From Tubiluchus corallicola (taxonomy: Eukaryota; Animalia; Priapulida), in contig JAQGDQ010000062.1 in assembly GCA_030141605.1 (NCBI GenBank), forward strand, positions 496,001 through 560,000: a stretch of DNA of 64,000 nucleotides, given 5' to 3'. The translations under genes were made by a program, and so were the position numbers. Positions 25,901 through 39,800 of the stretch are shown one piece after another. Under the pieces are notes generated by a model. It ran no database searches. It worked only from the letters and a program-made list of their open reading frames with translations, and was not told where the DNA came from. Each line of letters opens with the position of its first letter. Position 1 is the first letter of the stretch.

Positions 25901-27774
25901 GATATATCACAGCCCCATTAGGACATTTCAGAAAGTAAAGAAATTCTAACCCAGTAACCCTGACCCTAACACATAAGAATACTGTAGGTGCTATTACTAA
26001 CATATACATCAGCATGTACATAGATCAGGGGTCTTGAAAGTGGTTGATATCGACCCTTGGGGGTCCTGGGGGTCAAAAAGGGTTGATAAATGCATGGGAG
26101 TCAAAAAAGGGTCGATAAATGCCGGGACCATTTATAGTTTGTTCATAAAGGTTACTGTTTTGTTTCCATCGATAATCGAGTAATTACCAGCATTATTTAT
26201 TGCTTGAGGCTAATATTTCTATCTGGTTCCAACAATGAAAATGCAGATATTGTTTGTAATATGGTGTCCATTGTTGGAGAATTTAAAATTTAAATGTCAC
26301 CTTCTGCTCTGCACTTCTACAGTAGGTACTTACTGGCAAAATATTAACTGCTACATCAGCAGTGTGCCAGATCAACAGCCAGAAGGAGACAGCAGATCTA
26401 AACCATTTTTGCCCTAAGGATGACTTACAAAAAAACTATGATTTCTTTACCAAGATACCAAGAGGTTATTGTATTTTAGCGTATTTAAGGGGGAGGGATA
26501 TTCACAGTGGAAGGGGATACAAAACTACAGTTTCGCAGGGCTTGGAATGCAGTTTCCCTTACTGATGTATATGGAAAGCAGGGTTTGGTATGCAGTTCCT
26601 CTCACTAATGTAGGTGGAAACTGCACATCTACTTAATTATTATTAACATGTATTTTTTGTACATGCCTGGAGGTTGAAGAGAAATCAAAGATTCCATGAA
26701 AGGGCCAATGCTCTAAACAGTTTGTGGACCCCTGTAGATAAATTTACAACTATCATCTCACAGATTAATTTAGCTCAGAAAGCAAAAAAAACTAAAGATC
26801 TAATTATACATACATTGTCAGACAGCCATTTTTGCACATTATGTGTAATCATGAGGCATGCAATAACACTGCTGCATAAAAACATTAGTGTGTACATGAC
26901 TCTTGTGCTGGTTGACTCTTTCACGGGTGGACACCCGGCACAACATAGGGATGCTGGTGCACTGCCACAGCAACATGATGCCTACCAAATAAAGATCAAG
27001 TAAACTATAAATGTTGTATAAAATTGTTTACTACTAGTGAAGAACAGAATCTGCTCACACTTAGATTACTCACTTAGAAATCCATCAGTCACCTGCCCAG
27101 AACTGCTGAGTTGTATACAAAATATTAGATACATTAGACATTTTCTCTTTGTTTCAGATCAGATGTTAATTTTTGTGTGTTTCTGTTATCATATTAATTT
27201 GGCAGTTCTGTGCTGTATATAGTTTTGGAAAGTACCATGTCATTGTTCTATACATTTTTTGTGATTATTAGCTATATATTGGCTCGACTTGGCTCGGGAG
27301 TCAGTGAGCTGAATTCAAGGAGAGACTGGCAGCTTTTAAATCCCACATTATGATGATCCATCTTGATTAGTTGCACTTTTGAAAATATAATTAATTAGTT
27401 AACTAATGAAATCTTATCAAATTCTCTAACATGCCGTTTGATGTCATAAAATTGTCCGCTAGATGTGCAATGAATTTCACTGAAGAATTTGTCGGTACTG
27501 CACACAGTCTCAGAAACTGTATGTTGCATTTAACCGTCATCTATAATTTGCATAATATGATCTCCAAGACTTGCTGAAGTGTTACAAAAGTGTTTACAAG
27601 TAATGCTCAAAAACCTTTTTTTGTAGTTTGCTTAACACACACGCACGCACGCACACACACACACACACACACACAGAAAAATGAGAGTGGAAAAACCTAA
27701 TAGTTTAACTAAGTGGAAAAAACATCTGCTAAGATAATATGCTTTACCTGAGATAAACAGCATCTCTCTCCCAT
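14347..27774 (-). CDS. SERINC5: Serine incorporator, SERINC5-like; 15-exon model of 616 aa (core exons 1-12 firm, exons 13-15 inferred)
   Basis: Exons: 27774-27748 (MGERCCLSQ), 26981-26814 ([22 protein letters not shown]), 25660-25482 ([19 protein letters not shown]), 25235-25147 (FWLLKF), 23897-23804 ([25 protein letters not shown]), 23087-23041, 22041-21868 ([12 protein letters not shown]), 20618-20508 ([23 protein letters not shown]), 19817-19646, 19070-18985, 18677-18542 ([25 protein letters not shown]), 17922-17746 ([25 protein letters not shown]), 16987-16829, 15167-15037, 14447-14347. All are GT-AG and phase-compatible (1851 nt). The 9-codon first exon and the CCCC loop resemble SERINC5 more than SERINC1/3. 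Confidence 0.92.
14490..14548. repeat. Degenerate (CAA/CAG)n trinucleotide repeat
   Basis: aacagcaacagcaacaggcaactgcaaccacaacagtaacaataacaacagcaacaat. Confidence 0.7.
16024..16661. mobile_element. hAT (Tip100-like) MITE, 638 bp, in a SERINC intron
   Basis: Perfect 15-bp TIR CAGGGGCGGAACTAG / CTAGTTCCGCCCCTG. Perfect 8-bp TSD AGCAGCAG (16016-16023 and 16662-16669). G/C-run subterminal motifs. Confidence 0.92.
26026..26734. mobile_element. hAT (Charlie-like) non-autonomous element in SERINC intron 2
   Basis: Left end CAGGGGTCTTGAAAGTG; right end reverse complement CAGGGGTCCACAAACTG; subterminal GGGGTC repeats. Only a 5-bp flanking direct repeat (TAGAT) is visible. Confidence 0.65.
27635..27675. 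repeat. (CA)n/(CGCA)n microsatellite
   Basis: Seen directly in the sequence. Confidence 0.9.
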
Positions 27775-29899
27775 TATATGTCTTCATTTATCTACCTGCC
27801 CTGCAAAACTGCCACAAATAGCATAAAAAGTTATAAACATATATTTAGTATTAGTATGAGATACATTAAGTGTTCGCTTAACAAATCTAATGCATCAGTG
27901 AGCAAAAAGCCATTAAACAAAACCATGTATTCCACAGGAATGTTCAGTTTTTTTCAGGAGAAAAAAATCAATAAGCCTAATGCTTGGCATACAAACCAAA
28001 CAGTTTATAAAGTTTACTGCTTGCAATTTTATGATATTTGTTTACAAAAAGATAAAAAATATATGATTGCAGCACAAATTATTGTCAGCATACACTGGTT
28101 TTGCATATTGAGCTATTTTAAGAAAAACTCAAATCTCGCAAAAAGATTTTGTTTCTTGCATGTCTTCCTCTGGCTGCTCCCTTAGATTACTTGAGTTATT
28201 TCTTCCTCTTTCTTTTCTTTCTCTTCTTGTTTTTTAAGAAAAAATTTAAGCGTAGATTATACTTTTAATATTTCCAGTAATACTTGAAAACTGTCTTAAA
28301 ATGCCCAATTTGTCTTTAATGTCATAGATTTCCTTACTAATAATGCTGCTAAGAATAGTGTAAATTCCGAAAGTGTAAATGCAGATGAGGTGAGCGTAAC
28401 ACATAACCCAGAAATTTTATACAAGTAACAAAAAGAATTCTATCCGACAAATTGTATCTCTAAGTAAAAATCAGCATAAATCATCACCGTAGGTCTGCCT
28501 GTCATAGAAACAGATCTAGGGAAAAATATGACCATAATGTGGATTAAAAGCAGGCTTCGTTGACATGATTTGGATTAGAAAGGTGACAAACTAAACTCTC
28601 TGCTTCAAAGTAAGAACAAGAAATCACCAGTAACATAAAACAGACAGGCAAACTTATCAAAATTCAGTGTTGCTAAAGAGGAGAGTTGTTAAGCGAGCAC
28701 TCACTGTAATTCCGATAACTACCATTTACCTATCTCTAAATAAGGCTTATTTCGAAGCATAAAATTTAATAATGGCAACAAGATATTGCGGAAACACTAA
28801 TAGTGCAAAATCAAATAAAAAGAATAAAACTCAAACAAGGAAAACCACAGAAAAAGAATTTATATAAGCCTCTTACACATGTGATAAAATGTGATAACGC
28901 CTACAATATCAACGTCTTACTATAGTATTATAGCAAGTTAAATTACAGTATTACAATTAATAATAACTATACTTAAGATAAATAGACGAATTTGTAATAA
29001 ACAGGCACTAATGTTTGCTCAGCTTCTTTTGCATTAAGTTTATAAGCTGACTGGAAAATTCAAATCAATGAAAATGATCCTAGGCCAAAACAGTTATTTT
29101 GCAATCAGACTGTCCAAGATTACATTCTTGTTATTATTTCCTAAGATTCATTCCAATTATAATTGTTAACTTGCTTGCTACTGAAGAGATAAACTGCTAC
29201 AAAGTAACAGTCAATCAAATAGAAAAGCAATAACTAGTTAATCATTTCACAATAGCTCTTAATTCCTACCCTTACTTACACAAAACAAAATCAACACAAC
29301 AGTTATTGTCACACGCAAGGAAATCACGTGACCCAACAGCTGTTAGATGAAACCATAGATATAACTGTGTCAAATCATCATGATGCATATAAACGGCGCA
29401 ATATTTTCTCCTTCCCATCTTTAAAAAAATCGTACTAAATAAATGAAATTGTTGTCTCTTGCTATTATACATTACATTACATTAGTATTTTGCAAGTACT
29501 ACTTACTATTTTTCAGTTTCTTTACCGAAACCAACGCCATATAGATATAATAATTTTTTTATATAGTAGATTTTGTTGTCTCCTTCATTGTTTCCTGCTG
29601 AGGCCTCTAATTATGATTTAGGTTAATTTGGCTACATTAATGATTATGACTCACCTTTATTATTTTGTTGCAATTAATGAATTACTCATCATTCGTTTTG
29701 CCTTAGTTTGATTCAATATTATTTTTATTTCGCACTTAACTATTTTTGGTTTATTATGTTGCTTACCAACCTTTTGTTGTCCCAAAATTTCGTTCATTTG
29801 CTTGGATTTATGTATTTAAATTTATTCTATTAATTCTTGTTTTTTTTAGTTCTTTTGACAATTTGTACTATTTTTTCTTCTTATATAATTTTGTTATTT

Positions 29900-30049
<150 letters not shown>

Positions 30050-31579
30050 ATTTTTTAACACAGTATCAAGGACTACTATACAAGTAGTCCTTGCGCAGTA
30101 TATAAGCACCTGTAATTCCTTAACAATATAACAATGGCAATAATTATTGGTACACGTTCAAAATCATGCGAGTATTTTTACACATAAAGATAACGTTGCT
30201 ACAACTGACAAAAAGTTTTTCTAGATTGGTAAAGTTCAAACCGCTGAATTTTTTCTTATTTTCTCCAGTCTGGCACAGACGCACACAGCATGGTTTTCTG
30301 TCCGCACACTCCCACAAGTGTACAACTTCTGATTTTGTGGTGTTCTTGACCACCGGTCAGTCTCCCAGCAGGCAGGAGAGCGAGATGCAATTCTAACAGA
30401 ATTTTAGACATTTTTATAAAATTTTGCACTTTGGTTCGCTGTCCCAGGACACTAAAAGGTCAAGAGATGGTCTTGCACATTGGAGGCTTCAAACATCAAA
30501 ACGTTAACATGTATACACATGGGAACTATTTGGGACGAATAGGAACTTATATGTGCGCTTTCATTTGTTGGTACCTTGGAACACACGAAGTGGTCAAATT
30601 ACGTCATCAGTACCACTCTATCATTTTCTAAATCAAATATTGTACATAACTTGCAAACCAAGTCATAAAGTCATAATGTACTAATGGGAAATATGCTATT
30701 TGCTACAAGAATTTTTGGCTTAATTAAGTTGCATGCCAATGGCAGTGTTGGCATCATTTACAGACCTGTCCTATTACTGCTTTAAGCCTATTACCATGCT
30801 AGGTTTGCGTGCTATGTGTAAACATGAGGGGCACTGCCACAGTAAAATATGATGCGTGCCAAATGATGGTAAAAATAAACTACAAAATTAATGTTGGATA
30901 AAATCATTTCTCATTTTTAAAATCAGACTTCGATCTGATTCAATGAGAGTTATGAAAGAGGATTTTTGCACGGTAGGGCCCAAAAAAGCTTATGCAACAT
31001 GCCTGAATTCTGAGGTCATAATCGCTCATAATTATACAAACTACGTACTTGTAGTCAGTTCAGTTTGCTCCAATTACACCCTCTTGTTTGCAGGCTGCAC
31101 GAAACCTCCGTAATTCTTGTACAGAGAGCGTTATAAATTCTTTTGAATAATAAATTATTTCTCGTGTTATAGCTCCTTGTTTTCTGCATCCCTCTAACAA
31201 AAAAGATGTTACACTTGCACTGTTTAGGTTAAACTGGCATTAGAATAACCAGCACCAAACCACACGACGATCATTATTCATTGAAATCTTTGATTCCTTG
31301 TTTGAATTAGTGCTTTAGTTCTCTTCCCTCTGTATGTTGAATTGTTGATCATCTTGGTTTTACTAGTTCATTACTTTGTTTCTGTCTATGTTGTTGCATT
31401 TTTTGCCTAGTTTTTGTTTAGCTTTAATAAATTAATAATTGTTTTTATCCTTTTTGCGCTTTTGATTATGCACGACTTTGGTCGACCTGTACACTGTACA
31501 GAACATGTTATATAGATCCACCAACAAAGCGCTCTCCTATTGTCATTTTTAAAACAGAACAGATTTAGTTTATAATTTT

Positions 31580-32110
31580 AGTGTCTACATTAGACGTAAC
31601 GGGTATATGATGCTATAATGATAATATGATGATAATGTATTTTAGTTATAAATTAAAATACTAAATGCTTCAATGTCTACAATAGACGGAGTGAGACCTT
31701 AAAGAGGAAAGAATAATGTATTTTATTGGTAAATTTTATTCCAGAAAACCAGGAGGACGAATGTTAACATATTTAATTATTCGCAGAAAGCTTTAAATAC
31801 TTCAGCACTGATCCATATAAGTAACAGCACTTTGTCCATTACGAATTTTTTCATTGAACTTTTTGCACCCTTTACGAGATTCAAACGTAGTAGCATATCT
31901 ACATTGCTGAGAGTAGGGAGTCCTGGCATAAAGAGGTGAACACAGAATCATGTCGTTGGAAGTTATGATTCATTGAACGACGACGACGTATTTGAATTTG
32001 CTCGTTAGTGGTGCTGGATTACTGTGCCTGCCCAGGGTCTACAATAGACGTAATGGAAATACAATGGTGATGATGATGGTGTATTTTAGTTTTTGATTTG
32101 ATGATGATCA
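31580..32110 (+). mobile_element. Probable RTE-like LINE 3'-end remnants with a repeated 3' tail
   Basis: IAESRESWHKEV near 31903-31940 resembles the A-x-D-R-x-x-W C-terminus of RTE ORFs. The hairpin GTCTA-CA(A/T)-TAGAC occurs three times (about 31583, 31675, 32037), twice followed by TGA-rich tails and tgtattttagtt. Confidence 0.4.
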
Positions 32111-33846
32111 TTTCTCTATTAATTTGTTACCAGCTATCATTAGGGAGGCCAGATGGCTATCGTTTGGCTGTCTGTTCACTGCCCTCGGCAATTCAGTGGG
32201 AAGTCAGGTGTACAAAGAGCGTAGAACTTAAAGTAATGTCTTTAAAGAGTTTAGAACTTTATAAAGGAATGTTTTGAAAACACTTTTTTAAACATCGTAG
32301 AAAGTTTATTTTTCAAAAACAAATTAAGTTACCTGGTGTCAAAAATAACGGGGTCTGTATTAAATTTATGTTTTACGCATTCTGAAAATCTATTCGCATA
32401 TGGCATATAGCTCATGTTCAGGTTCACAGTGCAGTAATTATTATAAATCCCCTTGCACAATATAAATTTTTGTAATTATTATTATAAGTGTTATAACAGT
32501 ATTTTGCTTTGTATGCAATAACATAGCACAACAAGTTTATTTGCTTACACAGCAAAAACGTCCTCGAGATGGCATTTCTAGTTATTCATATTTCAATGAT
32601 TCTCACATCCATAAAATGAGGATCATTTTGATACTAAGCTCATTGCTCTGCTTTATTTCTAAAAGAGCTCTGAGATGATCTACGTTGAAGTCGAGGTGTA
32701 AAACATAATCTTAAGAAAATTGCTGTTAAAGTTTGTCATTGTTTTTGTCACATTTCTATAACAGTACTTAGCAAGTGTGCAAACTGGTGGTTCTTATGGA
32801 CTTTGTAAGAGCACATTAAAGTTATTTTTGAATCCAATAGATGGGTTTTCTGGACTATGATCTGGGCTTTGCAACAAAAACCAAAAAATGGCAAACAAAT
32901 ATAGTCGCAAGCAAACATGCCTGCTTCCAGAGACTACTATTTGAGTCTAAATATACGAGTTTTTTTGCAAAATTGCAGTTTTAATTTTTAGGCAAAGAAA
33001 TGGGGAAGGGGTTATAAAAACTAAATTTTTAGCATTTTTGAAACAATTTTGTGGATTTGTTGCTAGAATATGAAAGTCCAGCATATATATTAATATTTTT
33101 TTTGTGCTTGCAAACCAAAACCATCATTATATGTGACAAGCTAGAAAACCTTAATTGCCGACTTATGGACGATTTTGCTATGCAAGCACACATATAGTGC
33201 TCATTTGTTTGTAAAAACAAAAAAATTGATGTTCGACCCAATTTTTGATGCTTTCTACTTTTAAGCATTATAGCATAATTTTAACACTTAATTATGCCAA
33301 CTCATTTACGGTTTTGGTTTGCTAATGCACATTTAATAATAACGAAATTAAGTACACATTTGGAATTTGGCAGACTGTTCAAATTTTGCAGCATTTAGCT
33401 GCCTATAATTTATTATTTAGCTACTTTCAGCATTAGGTATGCCATTTGTAAATATTACGATTTTCTTTTACTGTGCTCTCTGTTAGAAGATTGAAAATTG
33501 CATGTAATGGAAGATAATCGAATCTTGCCAGATATAGGTGCCCTAATGATAATATCAGGTATTGGATAAAGCTGCTCTAGAGTTGTTTCTTGTTATGCTG
33601 CTATCGACTTTTTACATAAAAATTTGTCAAAACTATTAAGAATTTATTTTAGAAAATCTACAGTTTGAAAGTCTCAGTAAATATTTTCATATTCTCTCCC
33701 TATTTTGTATCTTTATGTATAAACGTCATTGATTAATTTACAGGTCTCATGAAATACAGTTCAGTTTGACAATGTGAATAAATGGACATCAGACTTGTTT
33801 TCCCAACTGCATCCTACGTTCAGTTGAAATAATAGCTTGTCTCAAC

Positions 33847-36800
33847 ATGGCTTATTTTGACAGAATAACTCTCTTTGAGGAGGTAAGTTAACCCAGACTG
33901 CTGTCTTGCAGTTGCAAGAAATCTAGTACTACCCTGATCATACATGCAGACTAATATTAGTATGAACATTTAACATTTGGTGTGTTGAGCAATCAAGAGG
34001 TCAATTTCAGCAATGTTTCATTTTTGCAATTGTATATAAAATTCTGTAAAACTTTTTTCTTAATGCGACTGTATTGAAAGAAATTCTTGAAGATTGTTTA
34101 CATTTTAGAAGTATCTCTCATAGATATCATTTCTTTGTTTGCACTTAGTTGCTGCAACTGGGAATTGCTGCCATGCCATCACAGTTTCTGAGCTGCTTGC
34201 AGTGTGATAACTCAGAGAGCTAGTCAAATACTAATTTTAGTGAAATGTTATATCACTGTATGGGGTGCGGGTTATGCCATTTTATTACTAATAAAATGAG
34301 GACATGAATTTATAACATTCCATTGTTTAAATTCATTTTATATTAATTGCATAATTATGTATTTCTTTTTTTGGTGTAGTTTCTGCATTATTGCTCTCTA
34401 ACACTTAACAATGAAGAAGTTACCAAATTCTTGAAAAAGTGTTTCTATGCGGCCTCACAGGAGTATATAATGTCAGCCGAATTCGGCACGTTGCTTCAGG
34501 ACACCAGAGAAAAAATTTTGACAGATCCTGACCATAAGTATGTTCATATTCAAGACTTCACCAGTGAAGTGAAAGCACACGCATCCAATCACCAAAATAC
34601 TTTATCATCTTTAGATGTTTGTGAAAGTGATAGCTCAGGTGCCAATGTTTTAACACCTCAACCTGATTGTGGTCTTATGTTCAGTACAATAAAAAACAGT
34701 GCTTCTGTGGCTTGTCCTAGTTCTAGCAGCCAATATGTTAATGATTATAAATCCATGGATGAAGAAGATGAAGATGAAGGAGGAATTTCTGGTCATTTGG
34801 AAGATGTGTGTATGAGCAAATGTACTGCAAACGTGAATGTTGTCTTAACAAGAATTAATACTGAATCTGCCAAGCAGCGGTTAAAAGCAGAAAGTCGAAA
34901 TCTCACTGCTGGTGTGAAATCTCATAAAGCTTCTGAACGTCAAATTAGAAAACTAGAGAAACTGCTTGGGGTTAGTGTCAGTTTAAATAGTTTTATAATC
35001 TCACAAATCTTCTGAAAGTTAACTTAGAAAACTAGAGAAACTGCTTGGGGTTAGTGTCAGTTTAGAAAATCTCATAAAGCTTCTGAACGTCAAATTAGAA
35101 AACTAGAGAAACTGCTTGGGGTTAGTGTCAGTTTAAATAGTTTTATAGTCTCACAAATCTTCTGAAAGTTAACTTAGAAAACTAGAGAAACTGCTTGGGG
35201 TTAGTGTCAGTTTAAATAGTTTTATAGTCTCACAAATCTTCTGAAAGTTAACTTAGAAAACTAGAGAAACTGCTTGGAGTGAGCGTCGGTTTAAAGGAAA
35301 ACAGGACCCCATTTTGAATTATGGTGTACTTTGATCTAACGTATGAGTTTTTGGAACGGAAAATTTCTGCAGAAAAACATAATAATATGTTCCTGCTATT
35401 AGTTTTTTGTTTTGCACATGTTTTGCGGTTCCTGGTTAAATGGACAATAGCACCTACATCTCGGAAACATGGTATTAAAAAAATTAGGGCATATTTCAGA
35501 TGTGGCATGACACACAGTATTAAAGTCTTATGTTGGCACAGCAGTAAATCTGAAATTTATTTTTTTAAAAAAACTTAAGCTTTGCCAAGGTATGTCATTT
35601 GTAGTCAGTGTTCTACTGTAATTATTAAATTTTCACTTTTTCAAATGCTTGCAAGCTGCTCATGCAATGCTTTTACCATTAAAAATTATGTTCAGTTGTA
35701 ATGTCGTCATTTACTCTGCCTGCCGGTCATTAATTAAGCTTCTAAGGGAACATTTAGTTATTAGAAACACTTTGGTCATTATTATAAGTATTAAAATTAT
35801 ACATACTTCAAAATGACATAGGATCTGAAAAGTCGGCCTATTTTCATTTAAGTAGTTTTATAATCTTAATGTTGTTCTGTTATCATGAATTAGTTTTGCA
35901 TCTTTCTACCTTTGTTTCACTCCCATTTGTGTCAAGACACCCTTTGCTGCGGTGTCTAACCCGAACCCCAACCCTAACCCTAATCCTAATCCCAACCCTA
36001 ATCCTATTCAGCTTTGCGAAGTAATCTCTTATGTATGGATATTGTAAACTTTAGCCAATGTAAATAGTTTTCTTGTTTAAATTCTCATTTAAACTTATAA
36101 TAAGACTACAGCGTACTGTTTTCGTTATTATTCCTGCTTGTTTTGTTTTGTAATTATTCCTGCTTGTTTTGTTTTGTAATCTGTCCAGAAATCACTACAG
36201 GCCGCTTGTAGCTTAAATTTTAATGCAGAAACGAATTGGGGTTTCTTTGTGTAACACAGTGGTTTTCCCAGAGATGTGAGATGTGCAGAAGCATGTTTTT
36301 TATAGTTCATTGAAAATTGTTATGCATCTCCATTATCATTTCAGAGACTCGATGAAGAGATCAGACGCTTGCAGCAAAAGGAGCTTTCTCTTGATGATAT
36401 GAATGAAAGTGACTCTTATTACTTAAGAGAGGAAGTTTTGAAGAAACGTTTCATGAAGGTATTGCCTGTAAAAATGACTGAATAAATGAAAAGTGTATCC
36501 CAGCTTATTGTAAAGCCATGCGTACAAGTATATGCAAGTTAAAATTTTTGCATCTTAAAAATCTGTTAATGGTTTGTATGTTGGTAAAAAACACAAAGAC
36601 ATTGCACATGTAGCGATGCACTTCCCCAGTTTCTTTAGCTATTAGTGTCTTTTAGCTTACAATTACATTATGATATGCATCATACTTTGATGCACTTATT
36701 CTTCATCTTATATAAGATTATGCAATGACAATTGATACACTTTTTCTGAAAAGTGAAGAAACATTAAATTTTGATTTCAGTTCATATCAGGCTGAGGAAA

Positions 36801-39800
36801 GCTTAAGGTGTACAACCTCATCAAGTTTTGTGCTATTAATGTTCATTTTTCCCAGATGCTACTTTTACTGAACTGACATGATCTTCTTGTCCATGATATC
36901 AATTTTCACTCCTCCCCGGCTTAATTGTTCGGTGCTGTTAAATTTTTCATCATTTATTTTATTTCTTTCTCTACGTATGACCAGCCTTTCCGCCTTTTTC
37001 TTATCAGAAAGCATATTGTTTTCACAATTCTGCCTGTGCCCTGCAGGGTAACTTTTTGATTTAAAAACTTTAGTGAAGCAGGATAATGATTATATGTTAT
37101 TTCTTTCAGGTATGGAAGAAACTTTGTGAATGTAAGGGCAGAAATCCTGACACTGGACGACCCACTGAACGCAGGTTTAGATATCAAGGTACGTGCACCT
37201 GTCAACTAGTACAGTAGGTGTCATTTATTAGATTCACGGTTAATACACTCAGTCACCTAATTGACTCCAAAACGTCTGGTACGGGCCTTCTCCTATACAA
37301 ATATATACAAAAACTGTCTGTAATTGACTCAAATAACTCCGCATGTTGACTCAACGTTTTTCCTTTGCGAACTTAAAATGAGACACTTATGTGTACCCAA
37401 AAAGCTTTTGCTGCTTTTATGTCATCTTTACGTCGATTTTGTGCAGTATAATATACGTAGAAACAGTCGTGTTAGATACAGCTTTGTTTGTAAGCAGGTA
37501 CAGTGCATATCACATGGGCTAGTACGTTAGCTTGGCGGTTTTACTTTGAATCTGTCACCTGCTTGTGCGCTGCAGTTAACCTCGTTGTTTCTGAAAGCTA
37601 AACATTTAATCGCTTGCCCAGCTCCAGGGGTTTGCTTTTGAAGCTCCCGCTGCTTTTCACAGGGGAAACAAGGTCATCGCCAACTGTAACTCAAGCACAA
37701 GGTGACTAGGTGGTTTGAGTGAGCGTGACTATGTGCAGCATACAGCAACAGCTTTTCAATGTGTTTATCATTACGAGAATTTCTTAAACCAACTTCTTCA
37801 TGAAGAAATGAAGCGACCAACCAGCACGAATTTTTGTAATTTTTAGTGGTAATAATCAGAATTGTACGATTTTTTATTTTCTTTTTTATTAATTCACTTA
37901 TTCAAATTAGTATTCTTAAATAATTGCACATAGGAAAATTCATTTAAAGACTTTGCAATGCATACTAAGGTGATGAGTCTTGACTCATATTTTTATAGTA
38001 CTAATAGGCTACACCCATCGGCTAATTGAATCAGTCGATCAATTGGGTCAAAACACTCCCAAAGTGAGTCTATTAAGTGGCACCTATTGTATATGGAAAC
38101 ATCTCCAAAGCATTAAAAGAACATTTTGTGCAGTCAAAATTAATTTAAATGCTTGGTTCTAAATTTGCTAGGAAATTATTTATGATGTAAGTAAGGTGGT
38201 GCTGCACTACAACTATAGGATGTTGATTTTTATGCCCTTAAATTTTGCAGTTTTGTGTTCTCTGACTGATTCCCTCACTCAGTTACATTACAACTGTGCT
38301 GTAAGTTTAGTGAACAAAACAATAGATACGTAAATGTATAGATAAACAATAATATTATCATTAACAGCTGTAACAGTGAACAGCAGGAGCAGCTTAAATG
38401 GGTTTACTGAAAATTAGAACTGATTTCATTTTAAAAAATGGCCATTTTGTAAATAATTTTCTTTTTATGTTTATGCATAGACTGTATGAAGTACAAAAAA
38501 ATTTATATTGCCTTGCATAGTTTAATGCTTGATAACAGCTGTTAAGTTGCAGTGTATACCAGTGACATAACACAGATGCTGTTCTACAAGACAGAGCTGT
38601 ACAGTTGTAGCTGTCAGCTTGTGCAACAATCCAGTTAGATATTCATCAGTCAGAATTTTAAACTTCACTTATTTTGATACATCATTTTGAAAGAAATTTC
38701 TTTCAACCTCAAGATGGAAAAGCTCGATTTTAGTCCATGTTTTTTAACGCCTGAGTCAGCAGGCAAATAAAAAAATACCCAGGGACTTTTCTTGCTTTTG
38801 AGCCCTTGTAGGTGCTCTGCAGTTGTGGTTACGCGTCGGTGTTGTAAATTATTGCTATATCGTACATTGTGTAATGTTTTCTCCATAAACTAGAGGAACA
38901 GCTGGATGATGCAGTATATGCTTAGTAGGTGAAGTTAAGCAATGATAAGGCTGGTCACTAAATGGACATCTAGTAATCTGGAAAACTGCTTGGAAGTATT
39001 TTGTTCTCTCTTGCTGTCCCCTAGCTGTTTACATTCCTGAAGGAGCTATCGCATCTCAGCCAGTTTAGTGTTTGACCTTGGAACGACTATCCTTGATGGT
39101 GATGATGGGTTCCAGTCTTCCCACTGCCATATACATTAACCCTTTCACTATGTAGTTGCTTTTTAACTTGGTTGTATTGCGTTTTGCACATTAGACAATA
39201 ACTTGCGGTGTGTTACGAAAACAGAACTTTCTAAATAAACAAGTAGTCATCTGTTATTAAACACTAATATTAAATATTAGTTTTATTTGTACACATGCAT
39301 TCACGTGCGTGCTCTCATGCACCCACACACATGCAAGCCTTCACAAATAAGCACATACTTATATTTAGAAACCAATTTTCACAGAAATCATAATACTAAT
39401 CCATATTATGCAATCATTTTACAAGAAATGCAGAACAAGCCATTAAACATATGTTTCACCAACCATCAATGAGAAATTTTGTGTGAGAACGTACCATATA
39501 ACACTATTACTATTGCACTATTGTTGAATCCACCTCGCTTAAGATGCTGGTTTTTTGGTTAGCATTACTTGTTGCGAAGCAGCACAATCCTACTGCTGTT
39601 AAACTTTTCTAGAATGTTTTCGCATGGCCGTAGCAGTAAAACAAACCTTTAGTGCTGAGCATGGGCGGCAGTCTGCCGCCTTCCGTCCTTTACACAAAAA
39701 ACGTAGGTGATAGTATGCCACCTTCCATAGTGATAGGGTTAAAATGTTCTGAGCTGAATGCTAGATATCCTGGCTTACCGAGTAGGAATTTTGTACTGCA

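Noticed and set aside
35957-36005. True telomere or chromosome fusion site
   Set aside because: Short, degenerate, single orientation and intronic. Similar 2-3 unit scraps occur near 4517, 25955 and 52142.
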